A DNA stretch of 64,000 nucleotides, from positions 10,836,795-10,900,794 of the forward strand of contig NC_092670.1 of assembly GCF_964355755.1 (NCBI RefSeq), read 5' to 3'. Made by a program: the position numbers and the translations under genes. Position 1 is the first letter of the stretch. The number at the start of each line of letters is the position of its first letter. This DNA is from Antedon mediterranea (lineage: Eukaryota > Animalia > Echinodermata). Below the pieces are notes generated by a model. It was not told the origin of the DNA and made no database searches. It saw only the letters and a list, made by a program, of their open reading frames with translations. Shown here one piece after another: positions 41,601-53,674 of this stretch.

Positions 41601-42288
41601 TCCGCAAAGAAAATAAATTGTTTGTAACGTTTTTCTAGCTTTTGTTTTAACTGAGTATATTATAGACTCTTCAGCTAACTCTCTCATCTTTGTGTGTAAT
41701 TCTGTAAGACTGTAGAGTTCTGCATCAGCGTCTAATTCCAGCCACTGGCACAGTTTTTCAAAACATTGCAGCATTTCTTGGTGTTCATGCCTTCCTTGCT
41801 GTTTTTTTACACATGCAGACGTTTTTCAATTTCAGAAGCCCAAGAGTCTGCTTGTGCTGCGCATTTCTCCAAAAGTCTACCACGAATCGGTAATGTTGTA
41901 ACAATATGTACACATGGTGTTCTATTTGGATGCCTAGTATCAACTGTAGTGGATTTCCCGCACAAAAAATCTCTCTTCCAGTTGAAAGGTAAATCATTAG
42001 ATCGTAGCCTTTTCACACTTGAAACATCACCCTCACGTTCTTCATCACGCCCAACTGGGACTCTTTCATTGGTAAATTTTCCACGACATTTCTTATGAAC
42101 TACTTTACCAATTGGTGTGGACTTCAGTTAAATAATTTAATCTAAATGTCCACGGTTTTTACTGAACTGAATCATGGTGAGAATTCCCTTTCTTGTTACA
42201 TTGACTGGCACAACATCATACTCATACCAAGTGTACATATCACACAACGGTCTTCATTAAAGTTGTTATAGACAATAATATTTTCCAT
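38616..42288 (-). pseudogene. Academ transposase pseudogene (N-terminal region, PIN/XPG-like domain, C-terminal Cys-rich domain)
   Basis: STGDADTMIV...VDVVADDTDVLVLL (~39360-39465), LDPLQWGW...APDTLLKFVRCKC...C...SCRKNGLKCVTSCGDCRGDSCKN, and N-terminal KRLRS..FNWKRDFLCGK. KWYSERKQ is rejoined when the Rex1 insert is removed. Many frameshifts. Confidence 0.75.
39988..41527 (-). mobile_element. 5'-truncated Rex1/Babar-clade LINE (RT ORF 40139-41443)
   Basis: LDQYQFAYRPNRSTEDAV, YARILYIDFSSAFNTI, TGVPQGCVLSP, KFADDT; (ACTTG)n tail; TSD CGAGTA (39982-39987 / 41528-41533). Confidence 0.9.
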
Positions 42289-43136
42289 CTTTGACTTTTG
42301 TATTGATATCACAAATTATTCTCACTGTAGACCTATGATGTGTCTGATCTTTTAGGCTCTACCAATATTTAAATGTAGCTTAACTAGACATTTTACACAA
42401 ATTATATATATAAAGTATATAACTTAAACTGCTAATTAGATACAGTATTAATAAATAATATTATTCATAAGATTTTGTTTAATACCTAACTTTCATAAAA
42501 AACCATGCTCAAAAAAGTTTTTCAGAAAATGAATAATTTAAAAAACCTAAATGTATATTAACTTTTCTGATTGGCCTAATACTATAGATAAGTTTGCATA
42601 CAAAATACTAAATACACCAATCAGAATTAAGCTTACATTGCTAGCTAGGCAATGCCCTTAGGTTAAATAAAGGTCACAGATTTACACTGTGTGTACATGT
42701 GTGTGATGATTGTAAGGTAAATCAGATTTCTTAATTAACTTTGTAAGTAGGCTATAACTACAAACCTGAACACAAAATGTTTGAAGATTGGTAAACAAAT
42801 AATCATGTTATTAATATTTGTAGACATTTTAGGCAATGTACAATATAGTAAATAATTTGAGTAAAACTAAGCTACTTGATACTCTAGCTAGGCCTAGGCC
42901 TAGTCACTGACTGTGCTAGATAGGCCTGGCCTGGCAATGCATTTCAGGTCCCTGTGCTAATTACTAGGCCCGTAAAGGAGGCAGTAGAAAAACGTATCTA
43001 AAATGTTTTCCCAAAGCTGGATTTTTGTCGATTTTGGATATGTTGTTCTCCATAAAATTTCGCTTCTAATTTGCTTTGTACCATTTTTTCCGGGTAGGTC
43101 TATATGTTTGGTTCAACTACAAGACTATATCACTAT

Positions 43137-44402
43137 CCGATCAAAGTTTCCTCTGTGTATAATGTCATAAACCACATTTGTTACATAATAATAAAGACAT
43201 AAGTTACTTTATATCTAGATTTCATTATAAGTCATGTGTATAATCTATACACTAAGAAATAAAATTGAACAAACAATACGGATAATAAAAAAAATCTCAT
43301 TTCGTTTCGTTTCCCAAGGTGAGACTCGATCTCGGTACCTTGAATGCCATAGACACAGCTCAAACCACCGAGCCATACACAACTGACTAAAAGTTGTAGA
43401 ATAATTCCTCCGGGTATTTACTATGCAGTAACCACTTTAGTGCAGTTAGATTATTACATACCGCAATGAATTATAATTTTTTACTATGATGATATCTTTA
43501 AAAATTTAAAAAAATGATGCACTGTCAAACTATAAACTTTTAACTTTAATATATGAACATGTTATGGAAGAAAGTTAATGTTAAGTTTGTTATTTCGGCC
43601 TAAAAAAATGTCATAATTTTTTGATTGGTATTTAAAATGCAATTAATGATGACTTTATCAACTTTTGTTCTCTTAATTTCATAATAAATCATACATATGA
43701 TACATACACTTCAAGAAAATGAAATAAAAAATAGGTGTTCCCGAGCATTCTGACGATCTATATTATTTTTAAAATTTAGGATATTTTCACCATTTTGTTA
43801 ACTTAGACGTGCGTAGCCTGTCACTTTTGACGTGCTCGTATAACGAAAATTTGAGTTGAAAAGTGAATAAAATATGACGATATTATTAAAGAATGGTTGT
43901 ACAACAGAAATCGGACAAAAAGAGTGTGCATTAACATTTAACGCGCAGTGCGCGTGCAAAAATCTGCACACTCATGGCAATTTAAACGCTTAATATTGCC
44001 CGAAACGTAGGCCTACTCTAATTTCATCGAAAATACATTTTGACAATTTTGAAAATTTTAAGCTCGCGTACGTGTTCGATACGTACGTAACTGTATTGCC
44101 ATATGATGAAATATGACCTGAAATTTATGAGTACCAAATTTTGTTTAATAGTGATTCATGCTTGTGAAGATATGATTACAAACGTGATTTCCTTAAATCG
44201 CGCGTAGATCGCGTAACTTTTGATTGCGCACCGTGAAAACATAACCACATCGATTCCTAGCCATAAGGAATATACTCTGAAAAATTGACTTAGCTAGATG
44301 AAACTGATCAAGATAATTGATGGACAAAATAGTGCTAAGGAAAGAATAAATAAATATCCTGACAGAATCAAGAGGTTATATGCATGATAATGCATATAAC
44401 CA
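43137..44402. mobile_element. HINE family 2 copy (left end missing)
   Basis: Colinear with 33278-34079 and 5279-6420. Ends in GGTTATATGCAT-ATGCATATAACC. Confidence 0.7.
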
Positions 44403-44419
44403 TATAACCATATAACTCT

Positions 44420-45771
44420 GTGGTTACCGGTGCTCAGTGAGGCGACACAGCTTGCATTTTTTGTCTGTGAAAGTTGGTAATTTATGTCCTTTATAGTATT
44501 AATTTGAGCAGTTTTGTGTTTATGTATTTTATTCCTGATGTTTTGGAGACCGATAGTTTATCTGTTAATTGGTTATTTTAGGTTGGCCATGAGTTTTAAC
44601 TTACAAAATACGGTTAGGATCATCTATTCAAGTAGCGAGCTATTACAACTACGTGATCAAAACAAAGCACACCTGGACAAAGCGTACCTGAGTAATGCCT
44701 CCGTTGGAAAGTACATTGACTGGCCTAAAGAAATCAAACGCCGCAAACGAGGTAAAGCAGGAGGTCTTAGAAAGCGAATTCGACGGAAAAGATCCAGACC
44801 GTACATCCCGTCACTGATAATCGGTAATGTACAATCGCTGGATAGCCAACAAGGGCTGAAAATGAATGAGCTCAGATCAAATGTGCAGCATTTAGGAATG
44901 TAAGTTTAATTTCATTTACTGAAACCTGGCTAACTGACCAACACAATGATAGTCACACTGAGCTAAGTGGTTTTTATATGGTACGTGGGGATAGAGACTC
45001 GCTGGCAACTGGTAAATCGAAAGGCGGTGGTCTGTGTTTATACGTTAATAAGGGATATTGCCATCCAAATAACGTATCGGTAAAATCCCATGTATGTACT
45101 CCAAACTCAGAAATCATGGTGACTAACATTCGGCCATACTACACACCACAAGAGTTCTCACACGTCATCGTGATGACAGTTTACGTGCCTGATAAAACAT
45201 TAGCTAAAAGTGCCACCCAGGAAATTTTCGAGGCTACTATGATATCGAACCAAAATCACCTGATGCTTTGATCATCATAAATGGAGATTTCAATCACTGT
45301 ACTACTATCAGCACGTCGCATGTAATACTAGACTGAACAATAAACTAGACCTTTGCTATTCTAATCTAAAGAACGCTTACATGTCTACAAAGTTGCCAGG
45401 ATTGGGAGACCATGATCTGGTTATGTTACGACCAAGATACACCCCGCTCCACAAGACGAATGAACCAAAACAAATCACCGTAAAGAGATGGACAAACGAC
45501 GCGATGCTACAACTGCAAGGTGCACTAGAAGCAACTGATTGGGACTGTTTAAAAAACTATTTTAACTCCATACATGATTTGACACAAAATAGTAAGCGAC
45601 TATATCTGTTTCTGTAGCGAACTAGTTATCCCTACAAAAATAATTAAAGTGCATAGTAATAATAAACTCTGGATAACAAACAGAGTTCGTGCAGTAATAC
45701 ATAAGAAAAAAAATGCTTTCAACAAGGAAATTGAACGTTTAAAAGAAATTAAGAAGGAACTAAAAAAAGTA
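44420..45771 (+). pseudogene. 5' half of a Rex1/Babar-like LINE (AP endonuclease region), frameshifted and 3'-truncated
   Basis: IIYSSSELLQLR...RRKRGKAGG..., GNVQSL, FTETWL, GGGLCLYVN, RPYY.PQEFS, GDFNH, LG.DH. Confidence 0.8.
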
Positions 45772-48145
45772 ACTAGATTTGAACTCCGCCATTTTATATT
45801 CGAGTGGCCATAAGATGATGTCACTATGTCCGGTTAGCCATATCGATGCATGATTCTATATCTACAACTCATCAACTTCCATAATATGTAATAAAAAATA
45901 AACTTCACCATGTAGTTTAGAATTTATGACTATTTAAAAAAAAGCATAATTTTGACGAATTTTTGAACTTTTTCATAAAAAACGCACGCAAATTATCCAT
46001 TTACACGTGCTCGTATGACGTAATTTTAAGTCGAAATTGTTTAAAAGTTTGTAAAATTACTAGAAAAGGCAGGAAAAACATAAATCACGCGAAAAATATA
46101 TATTTTTGCGCTACATGCGCAGGTCAGTGATGTTTACAGTCCTATACGTCACTATGGCATCCCAGAACCCTTGGTAAATGCTATCCAGGTACTGTATACC
46201 AATTCTAGCAGTAGAGTCATGGTTGATGGTAACATCTCAAACTCCTTTAGTGTAACAACTGGAGTACTTCAAGGTGATGTACTGGCTCCATATATTTTTA
46301 TTATCTTGGTGGATTATCTGCTGCTCCGGTCATCAGAATGTGACTCAGGAGTTGTGACTTGCCCACGAAAATCAAGAAGTTATCCAGCGAAAATCTTAAA
46401 TGATTTAGACTTTGCAGATGACATCGCCCTGCTTGAGTCTTCAATACCTCGTGCCCAATCACAGCTATCGAGAACTGCCAATGCTGCCGCTGACCTAGGG
46501 CTTATCATTAGTGCCCCTAAAACGGAGTATATGGTATTCAACTGCTATTCACAGCCCCCACTTGAAGTTTATGGAAATGCAATCAACCATGCAACCAACT
46601 TCAAATACCTCGGCTCCATGATGGCATCTAGCAGTGGGGATTTTAAAAGAAGAAAGGGTCTTGTCTGGACATCATTTTGGAAGCTAGAGAACGTTTGTGG
46701 AGATCTCCACCAAAGTAAAGCTGTACAATACAACCAGTGTTACTGTCCTTGTGTATGGCTGTGAGTCTTGGGTCCTCTCTAAGGCGATGGAAAGTGAAAT
46801 CAACGCCTTTGGCACTTCATGCTATAGAATCATGCTAAATATCAAGAGAACAGATAGGGTGCCAAATGCTTATATCTATGACCTAACCAAGACCAGACCG
46901 CTACTGGAAAATATTAGATCCCGTCAATTAAAGTTCCTGGGTCACGCGCTTCGAATGCCTGATGACGAACCATGCAAAGAGTACGCTCTGTATGTTCCTC
47001 AACATGGGAAAAGAAAACGAGGAAGGCAGAAAACCAACTTTCTGAAATACATCCAACAGCTTTTAGGGGATGAAGGAGGCATGATTACAACTGATAAGCT
47101 GTCAGAGTTAGCCAAGGACCGTTGTGGCTGGAGAAAGCTTGTAGCTCCGCAGCCGACTGATGATGATGATGCGCACGCGCACGTAAAAAAATGCGCACAC
47201 GTGGGAATTTTTAAAATTCTCAAAATGACATGAAACGCGTAGAAAGTTGATTAGAAGTTGATTTTTCGCATTTTGAAATTTTAATTTTGGCGTAACTTTC
47301 TGTGAAACATGCCATTTTTAATCCATAGAAAGTTTCCCCTTCATATGAATTAAATTTTCACCAAGTGTCAATACAAAATGACTTTTGGTTTTTAATCTAT
47401 GATCAATCATTGAAATTCATAAAATCGCGCGTAACTTACGCTGCGCAACTCGGACGGGACCGAAAACCTTATTACGACATCTTCAGATAGAGGTCAATCT
47501 TCTGATAAAGTTATACAATGTTATGTTGAGAAGATTTAGAGATACACTAGCAACAAAATTCTGGGAAAGAAAGAAGAACATAGAAAAAAAAAAGATCCTG
47601 ACAATAACAAGGGGTTATTGTAGTGACCAAAGTTATTGACGCCTTTGGACATGATGACGTCACAAAAAAAAATTTAAAAATGGTAAATCATGCGAAAGAT
47701 AATTGATTGACCTAGACAATATAAAAACATGGTGGAAAATGAAATACGGATAAGTGGAGATGCGCTCTATTAAATGTGATGAGCTATGACGAAAGAGACA
47801 AAAATCCTCTATTTTATTATCGAGTGGCCATACGATGACGTCACAATATCCAGTTAGCCATATCGATGCATGATTCGATATCTACAACTCATCGACTTTC
47901 AGAATATGTAATAAACAAAAAAATTCACCGTGTAGTTTAGAATCTATGACTGTTTAAAAAAAGGCATAATTTTTGAACTTTTTCATCAAAAACGCGCGCA
48001 AATTATCAAATTCCAGGTGCTCGTATGACGTGATTTTAAGGCGAAATTGTTTAAAAATTGGTAAAATTACTAGAAAAGGCTGGAAAAACATAAATCACGC
48101 GAAAAAAAGTATGTTTTTAACGCTATGTGCGCACGCGCGTGTAAA
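45772..48145. mobile_element. HINE-like repeat copies (45772-47640 and partial 47640-48145)
   Basis: AACTAGA start. 45790-46121 is near-identical to 47810-48135. The right end (cctgaca..ggttat) resembles family 2. Confidence 0.55.
46122..47168 (+). mobile_element. 5'-truncated RTE-clade LINE
   Basis: TGVLQGDVLAPYIF, DLDFADDIALL, KTEYM, FKYLGS, (frameshift) VLVYGCESW, RQLKFLGH, RGRQ; (GAT)n tail; TSD ATGCGCA (46115-46121 / 47169-47175). Confidence 0.9.
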
Positions 48146-48996
48146 AATATATACTCAAATAAATAATAAACCCAGTTTTTATGCTTCATAGAATTTAATA
48201 TTACTGTATTTAATTTTTTTATTCAAATGTATTGTTTTTAACATAATTTTCCACTGTTTTTGCTATAAAAGTTGGGTTTTAATAATTAATATAAGTATCT
48301 GCCCTTGTTTGTTTGTAATATTCTGAGCCTCGTTTGGTCTTGTTTGTTTCCATTTGGTTCCATTTAGTGTGACCGGTCACATACACAATACAATTAAAAT
48401 CATTTGCGTTCATTCCGTAGCATCCTTCGTAGCTTCAATATTTGGTTTGTTCCGCCAGTTTTGTCACACATGCCATCAGACCTTGTGTAATGTGTTCAAA
48501 AAGTGGGTTTTTTAGATTGTTTAGTTAGAACTGAACAATTGTAAGTCATTGTCGGTTTTGTACCTGATTTTGAATTCTATTTTCTATAGGATAATAAATA
48601 AGGTCTTTCGCTATTTATATTTTATTACATAACTATGATAAAGAACTTTAAAGGTCAGTTCATTTTTAAAATTAAAAGAATGGATTTGCACGCAGTATTT
48701 TATTTACATTCACCCAAGAAAGCTGCCTCCCCTAAATTTTAATAAAATTACGCTAGAACTGTTGCTTCCGTGGACTTTAGATCCTGACGCCACCGCTGCT
48801 TAGGTACAGTACATGTCTCAAATTCTGTCCAAGCAGTTTAAATGCGATATTAAAATAAAATTCTACAGTATGTGGGTATTCATTGATTATTTTTACTACA
48901 AGGTACTAAGGGTCTATAAGGCCTACAAAAAATGTTAATTCTTTGTATACTTTAAATGTGTTTTTTAGTGTAAAAATTGATTAAAGATATACTAAC

Positions 48997-49258
48997 CTGC
49001 CGTTCCTGTGTATCCACTAATTGTCAAAACATAGTTAGAGTACTCAGTACCAACATGGAAGTGAGAATATCTTGCAAACTTTGTTACATCCAAGTGGTCC
49101 GTCATCTCTACTAAGAGCTCAAAACTGCCATGGGAAGTTATACGGTTGATCTGTTCATTACCAAGCCAGAACTCTGTGTTCAAATTTCCAAAACCCTCTT
49201 TGTATTGCGACCAATTACGGTTGAAATTAACTGATCCATCTTCTCTTCTCTGTATCAC
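48997..49258 (-). CDS. PAN-FReD gene exon 4 (FBG core)
   Basis: cag|GTG acceptor and G|gttagt donor. VIQRREDGSVNFNRNWSQYKEGFGNLNTEFWLGNEQI...GYTGTAG. Confidence 0.95.
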
Positions 49259-49921
49259 CTGATAATGAAAGGATAGTAATCTATACTCTATTTTCTAAAA
49301 CAGTGATTTCAAGTTCATCAACTGGAGTAAATAGAAATAAATTAAGAACCTGAATAATAATATTACTATGAGGTTACGTCAATATTTAACAATTTAATTT
49401 TGATGTTCCTCGATTTGATTTGATTATACTCATTTTACAATAATTATGCAAGTTTTTGAACATTTAGTGTGATTTTTCTTGTATTATGTTTAGATCATCA
49501 TAGTTTTGTTGGTTTTACATGTGACCTCCAGGCAACGCTTTACTCACTCGATCTGCATGTGCATAGGTATAGTTTTTTAGATTGATTTTTTCATTAATTT
49601 CTGTTGAACAAAATGGTAAATCTAAAGTTATGTTTTTAATAAAGCCGAATATTATTAAGAATTGTTCATTTGCAATAGGCTATTTATCCACCAATATGCA
49701 AGTTTTAAACATGCCTAACAACTGTTCGCTTAACAACTATGTTGTGCAAATGAGTAGAATGTTGACGTCATTCGTTAAAGTTCCCTATTTTATTCTTGCC
49801 ATCATCTAAAGGTCAACATCGCCTTCTATCTATTTTCAAGACGTAAGGAGTGCAGGGTGTGACGTCATATGTGAGATGTGCTCCTTCAGATGTATTTACA
49901 TAAATTGTTGCCAATACTTAC

Positions 49922-50058
49922 TGTCCATCCTGCATCACTTCTCATGTCACAGTACACAGTAATTTGTGGTCCTCCATCACATAGCTGTATCACATATTGA
50001 CCACTCACAGCAGAAGGATTATTTTGTAAAATGTTACTACACTCCCTCATAAAACACT
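49922..50058 (-). CDS. PAN-FReD gene exon 3 (FBG N-terminus; missed by the ORF track)
   Basis: ttttag|AG TGT... encodes CFMRECSNILQNNPSAVSGQYVIQLCDGGPQITVYCDMRSDAGWT|gtaagt. The phase-0 end joins VIQRR. Confidence 0.9.
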
Positions 50059-50320
50059 CTAAAATTACAAAATTTGAAGATCACATATTAGATATAACAT
50101 TGAAATAAGCCTATACATTGAATGAAACGTCCATTTGGTTATAAGATTGATTTTATAGTGGGTCAATACAACAGAAAGTACTTTAAGAATATTAAAGAGA
50201 ACATTTCCTATATGCAAATTCAACAGAAACAAAATGTCACTGCCAGCAGCCAATCACTAATAATAAAAGTGAACCTCCATATGAAAAATAAATTTATTTA
50301 ATAATAAATTGTATACTTAC

Positions 50321-50345
50321 TTGTTTTGGGAATCAGTGGCCAGGA
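50321..50345 (-). CDS. Putative 25-nt micro-exon 2 (SWPLIPKT) with non-canonical TG acceptor
   Basis: Strong donor |gtaagt and a pyrimidine-rich tract with no AG for 55 nt upstream. 25 nt reconciles exon 1 (phase 0) with exon 3 (phase 1). Confidence 0.55.
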
Positions 50346-52069
50346 CATGAAGAAAAATGAAATATAAAATAATTAACATAATGACCGTATATAGATAGAA
50401 TGCCGCTATTACAGTAATTTAATAACTACAGACTATAGTTTTGGAGAGAGAGAGAGAAGAGGAACAGCATTTGACAGTAGTTGAAATAGTGAACTTCCTA
50501 TTGAGAGTGACCACACGATAATGTAGGTGCATCACATTGGCCAATTGGTGTAGATATGCTAGTTTAAAGTCGCATCCAAAGACATTATTTTTTATCATAC
50601 GTCCACTACACAGTCACGCATTATGCCTGCGTAGAAATGTATTCTGATCAAGAATGTATAAATTTATGACTTTTGAGCCCATTATTATTTATAATTTATT
50701 TAAACGATATTGCTTTTTGTGCTGATAGTTTTTAATTTATTTATACGCAGATTACACCAATAGTAGTCTCACCATGACAGTAAATCAAGAACTAAATAAA
50801 GTTTCTTCTTTCAAATAACAAAATATTTGAATACTATACAGAGATCCAGATGAACGTTTTTACTACTTTTTGCTTAAATCTAATAATGTATCACTCAATA
50901 TACTTACAACAAATGATATCATGTGTAGTAGACAACACATAACAATATTCAAATTATGATTGACAATATTGCTATTTCACAGGTTTCTCATTAAATTTAT
51001 AGATGAAACACTAACATGGGGGCATTCCAAAGTATATATATATATTTTAAATTGTATAATTTTGCTATTGAAAAAAATGAAAAAATTAGTTTTTTTACAT
51101 CAATTTAGTCTTTTATTTACAAATCAAAATATTATTCAACCTTTGAAACACTGTTGAAGTTTAGGTCAAGTGAAAATATAAAATTCTTAAAATAATATAA
51201 AGTATTATTTATGAAATTAATTATTCAAAGAGTTATAAAGAGAAGCAATAATTGTTAAATGTTATCAAAGTAATTTATTTATTTAAAAAAAGTTATGTTT
51301 CGTATAAATAAATCTTCAAGCTATTAACACATTTAAGGCGAATCTTTAAAAATTGACATTGGCATTTGACGTCTGAATTTCTTAGTGGATCCAAGTTGAA
51401 ACTGAAATTTTCTTCTATCTTTTTTTTGTCTTAATAATTTTGCATCTGATTTATAAAGGTTCACAAAGAAAGAAATCTACCAAGTGAAAAAAAACTTGTT
51501 TAAATCTATTGCAATTTAATATCTTTAAGAACAGTTGAAAAGTAAGTTTTGAAAATACAGATTTTGAATCATTATTTCAGTAATATAACACTAAAATGAG
51601 GAAAAAAACCCAACCAAAATTTGTCAGAAGTGACAATTATGAATTTTTAAATAAAAATTATGTATGAATATGAATATGAAATTAATAAAGTCACAATTTT
51701 AATAAAATATTTGAATATGAACAAACTCGCCATTTCTTGAAGTGCCCTTTTAAACTATAGTAGGCTTAGTCCTAGGAAAAACCTATACCAGCATTTGTTA
51801 TTTATCCTTTATGAATTTTAAATGGTAAAATAAATTGATACTTGACTCTCTTTTATATTGATAGAAATATTTTTCTATTTTATATATGGATTTAATGGAT
51901 ATTTGGATTTAAGTGATTCCTCTTAATATTTTAGTTCATTACTTTTATGTACTAAACACCTTCAGGAGCCAACAAAATTCAATAGGCTTTTTCCCCAAAA
52001 CCATGTTTTGTTGAATATTACGTATGTTGTTCATTCCATCAGTACACTAAATCAGAAAATTTAACTCAC

Positions 52070-52360
52070 CCTTTCGATGTAACTAAACTCAGGCTTTTGA
52101 ATTATGTTGTTTTCAATTGATGCTTCTTCCAGTATTTGCTTACTGATTTGACAAACATGATCTTTCTGGTTATAGTTGACCGACAAGCAGTATGATTTGT
52201 CGGAACATTCCAGCAAACAATTTACACGGCTTATATTCTTCAACTCATAACTCCAACCACCAAGAGCCTGCCCCTGGATAACTGTATAGAATGAATTGGT
52301 CGAAAGAACGACAATAGGCAGAAGATTAAGAACGACAACCAAAGTTGCAAACGTATGCAT
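52070..52360 (-). CDS. PAN-FReD gene exon 1: signal peptide + PAN/Apple domain
   Basis: MHTFATLVVVLNLLPIVVLS hydrophobic leader; SRVNCLLECSDKSYCLSVNY....CQIS PAN cysteine pattern; donor AGG|gtgagt. Linkage to the FBG exons is inferred from proximity and phase. Confidence 0.8.
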
Positions 52361-52842
52361 TGCGATGTTTTGGAAATACGTATTGACAAAATAAAATGTA
52401 TGATGTGCCTTCAAATGCAACTTGTCGTACACCATTATTTGTGGTAATAAGGAACTACTGTACGTTTTCATCTTCTGATGTGCGTATTATAGATGTTCCA
52501 TCCAAGTATAATACAATAGAACTTTGTCTGCACCAATCAAAAAGGTGTTAGTAATAATAAGGTGTAATTACATAACAATGTATGAACAAACTTGATGCTT
52601 TTTTTCTAATAGCCTATCAAATTGAACCATCAAATGCATCGAGTTATAGTTTTTTAATTATTATTAAATAAATTAAAGAAATTATCATTAAATCATAACT
52701 TAAAGCAAAAGAGGACACATCCATCATTTTATCAGTTGACATAGAGTTCTGCGATGCTGACGTCACAACATTAGGTGGCGCTGCGTGGTTGCTAGCCAAC
52801 CAAAAAATGCGTTCAACCTGCCCGAGTGACTCCAAGGTCACC

Positions 52843-53040
52843 ACATAAAATGTAAACATATAAAGGATTATTGTCCTTTACTGAATTTTCCTCTTTCAAT
52901 CTTTATAATATTATATAGTATTATATGGTGATGCTATTAAATGACATAAAATGTAAACATATAAAGGATTATTGTCAAGTTTACTGAATTTTCTTCTTTC
53001 AATCTTTATAATAGGATAGTATATGGTGATGCTATTAAAA
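52843..53040. repeat. ~100-bp tandem duplication
   Basis: acataaaatgtaaacatataaaggatt...ggtgatgctattaaa occurs twice. Confidence 0.85.
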
Positions 53041-53268
53041 TTCAAACATATTGTAATGTTTGTCTTCCACTTGTCTCTATTCTTAGATATTATTATTTAA
53101 AACACGCTCTCTGCATGTAGAATAATAGCATCTGCATAGTTTAGTATCTTGTTTGAAAATGAAGGTTAATGTAGTGAAATGATAAACATTATTACACTAC
53201 AAATCAATATTTAGAGTAACCATGAGGTGACTTTGGTATTGACACAGAAGGACAGGTGTAAGCTCCTA

Positions 53269-53670
53269 TTTTTCACGCTGCTGCTCTAGCCCGCTACGTC
53301 ACACGAGATGACTCATTCATTAGATGAAATCAAGCAGCAGTAATAGTACTACACTTTGACATTTTTGTTAAAATGGAAACTCGACTATAATTTATAGGTA
53401 CAGTACCTGCACCTGTTGAATCCAAAAAACGGCTGGGAAAAGAGTCTAATGACAAATCCCAAAGCATTTCTGGTATTTATGAGTCCCATGATATTACTAT
53501 AATTCACTGTCAGATAATCATTGAATTGAATTATTATCAAAACAGTCCATTGAAGTTTTTGTTTGTAATAGGATACTTGAAGTATCTAGGCTTGATGAAG
53601 TAACCCCCAGACTTGACCTTAGCAATAACAATAAGCAAGCAGCGTTTTTTGTAAGAAATATTCTTGTTTA
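53269..53670 (+). mobile_element. HINE family 1 copy
   Basis: TTTTTCACGCTGCTGCTCTAGC ... AAGCAGCGTTTTTTGTAAGAAATATTCTTGTTT; homologous to 17548-18142 (reverse). Confidence 0.7.
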
Positions 53671-53674
53671 AAAC

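Larger units (their letters stand above)
35511..43127 (-). mobile_element. Academ (XPG-type) DNA transposon, internally deleted and degenerate, with nested Helitron dimer and Rex1 LINE
   Basis: ~140-bp imperfect TIRs TAGTCTGGTAGTTGAA / TTCAACTACAAGACTA with 3-bp TSD TAT (35508-35510 / 43128-43130). Coding remnants on the minus strand. Confidence 0.8.
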
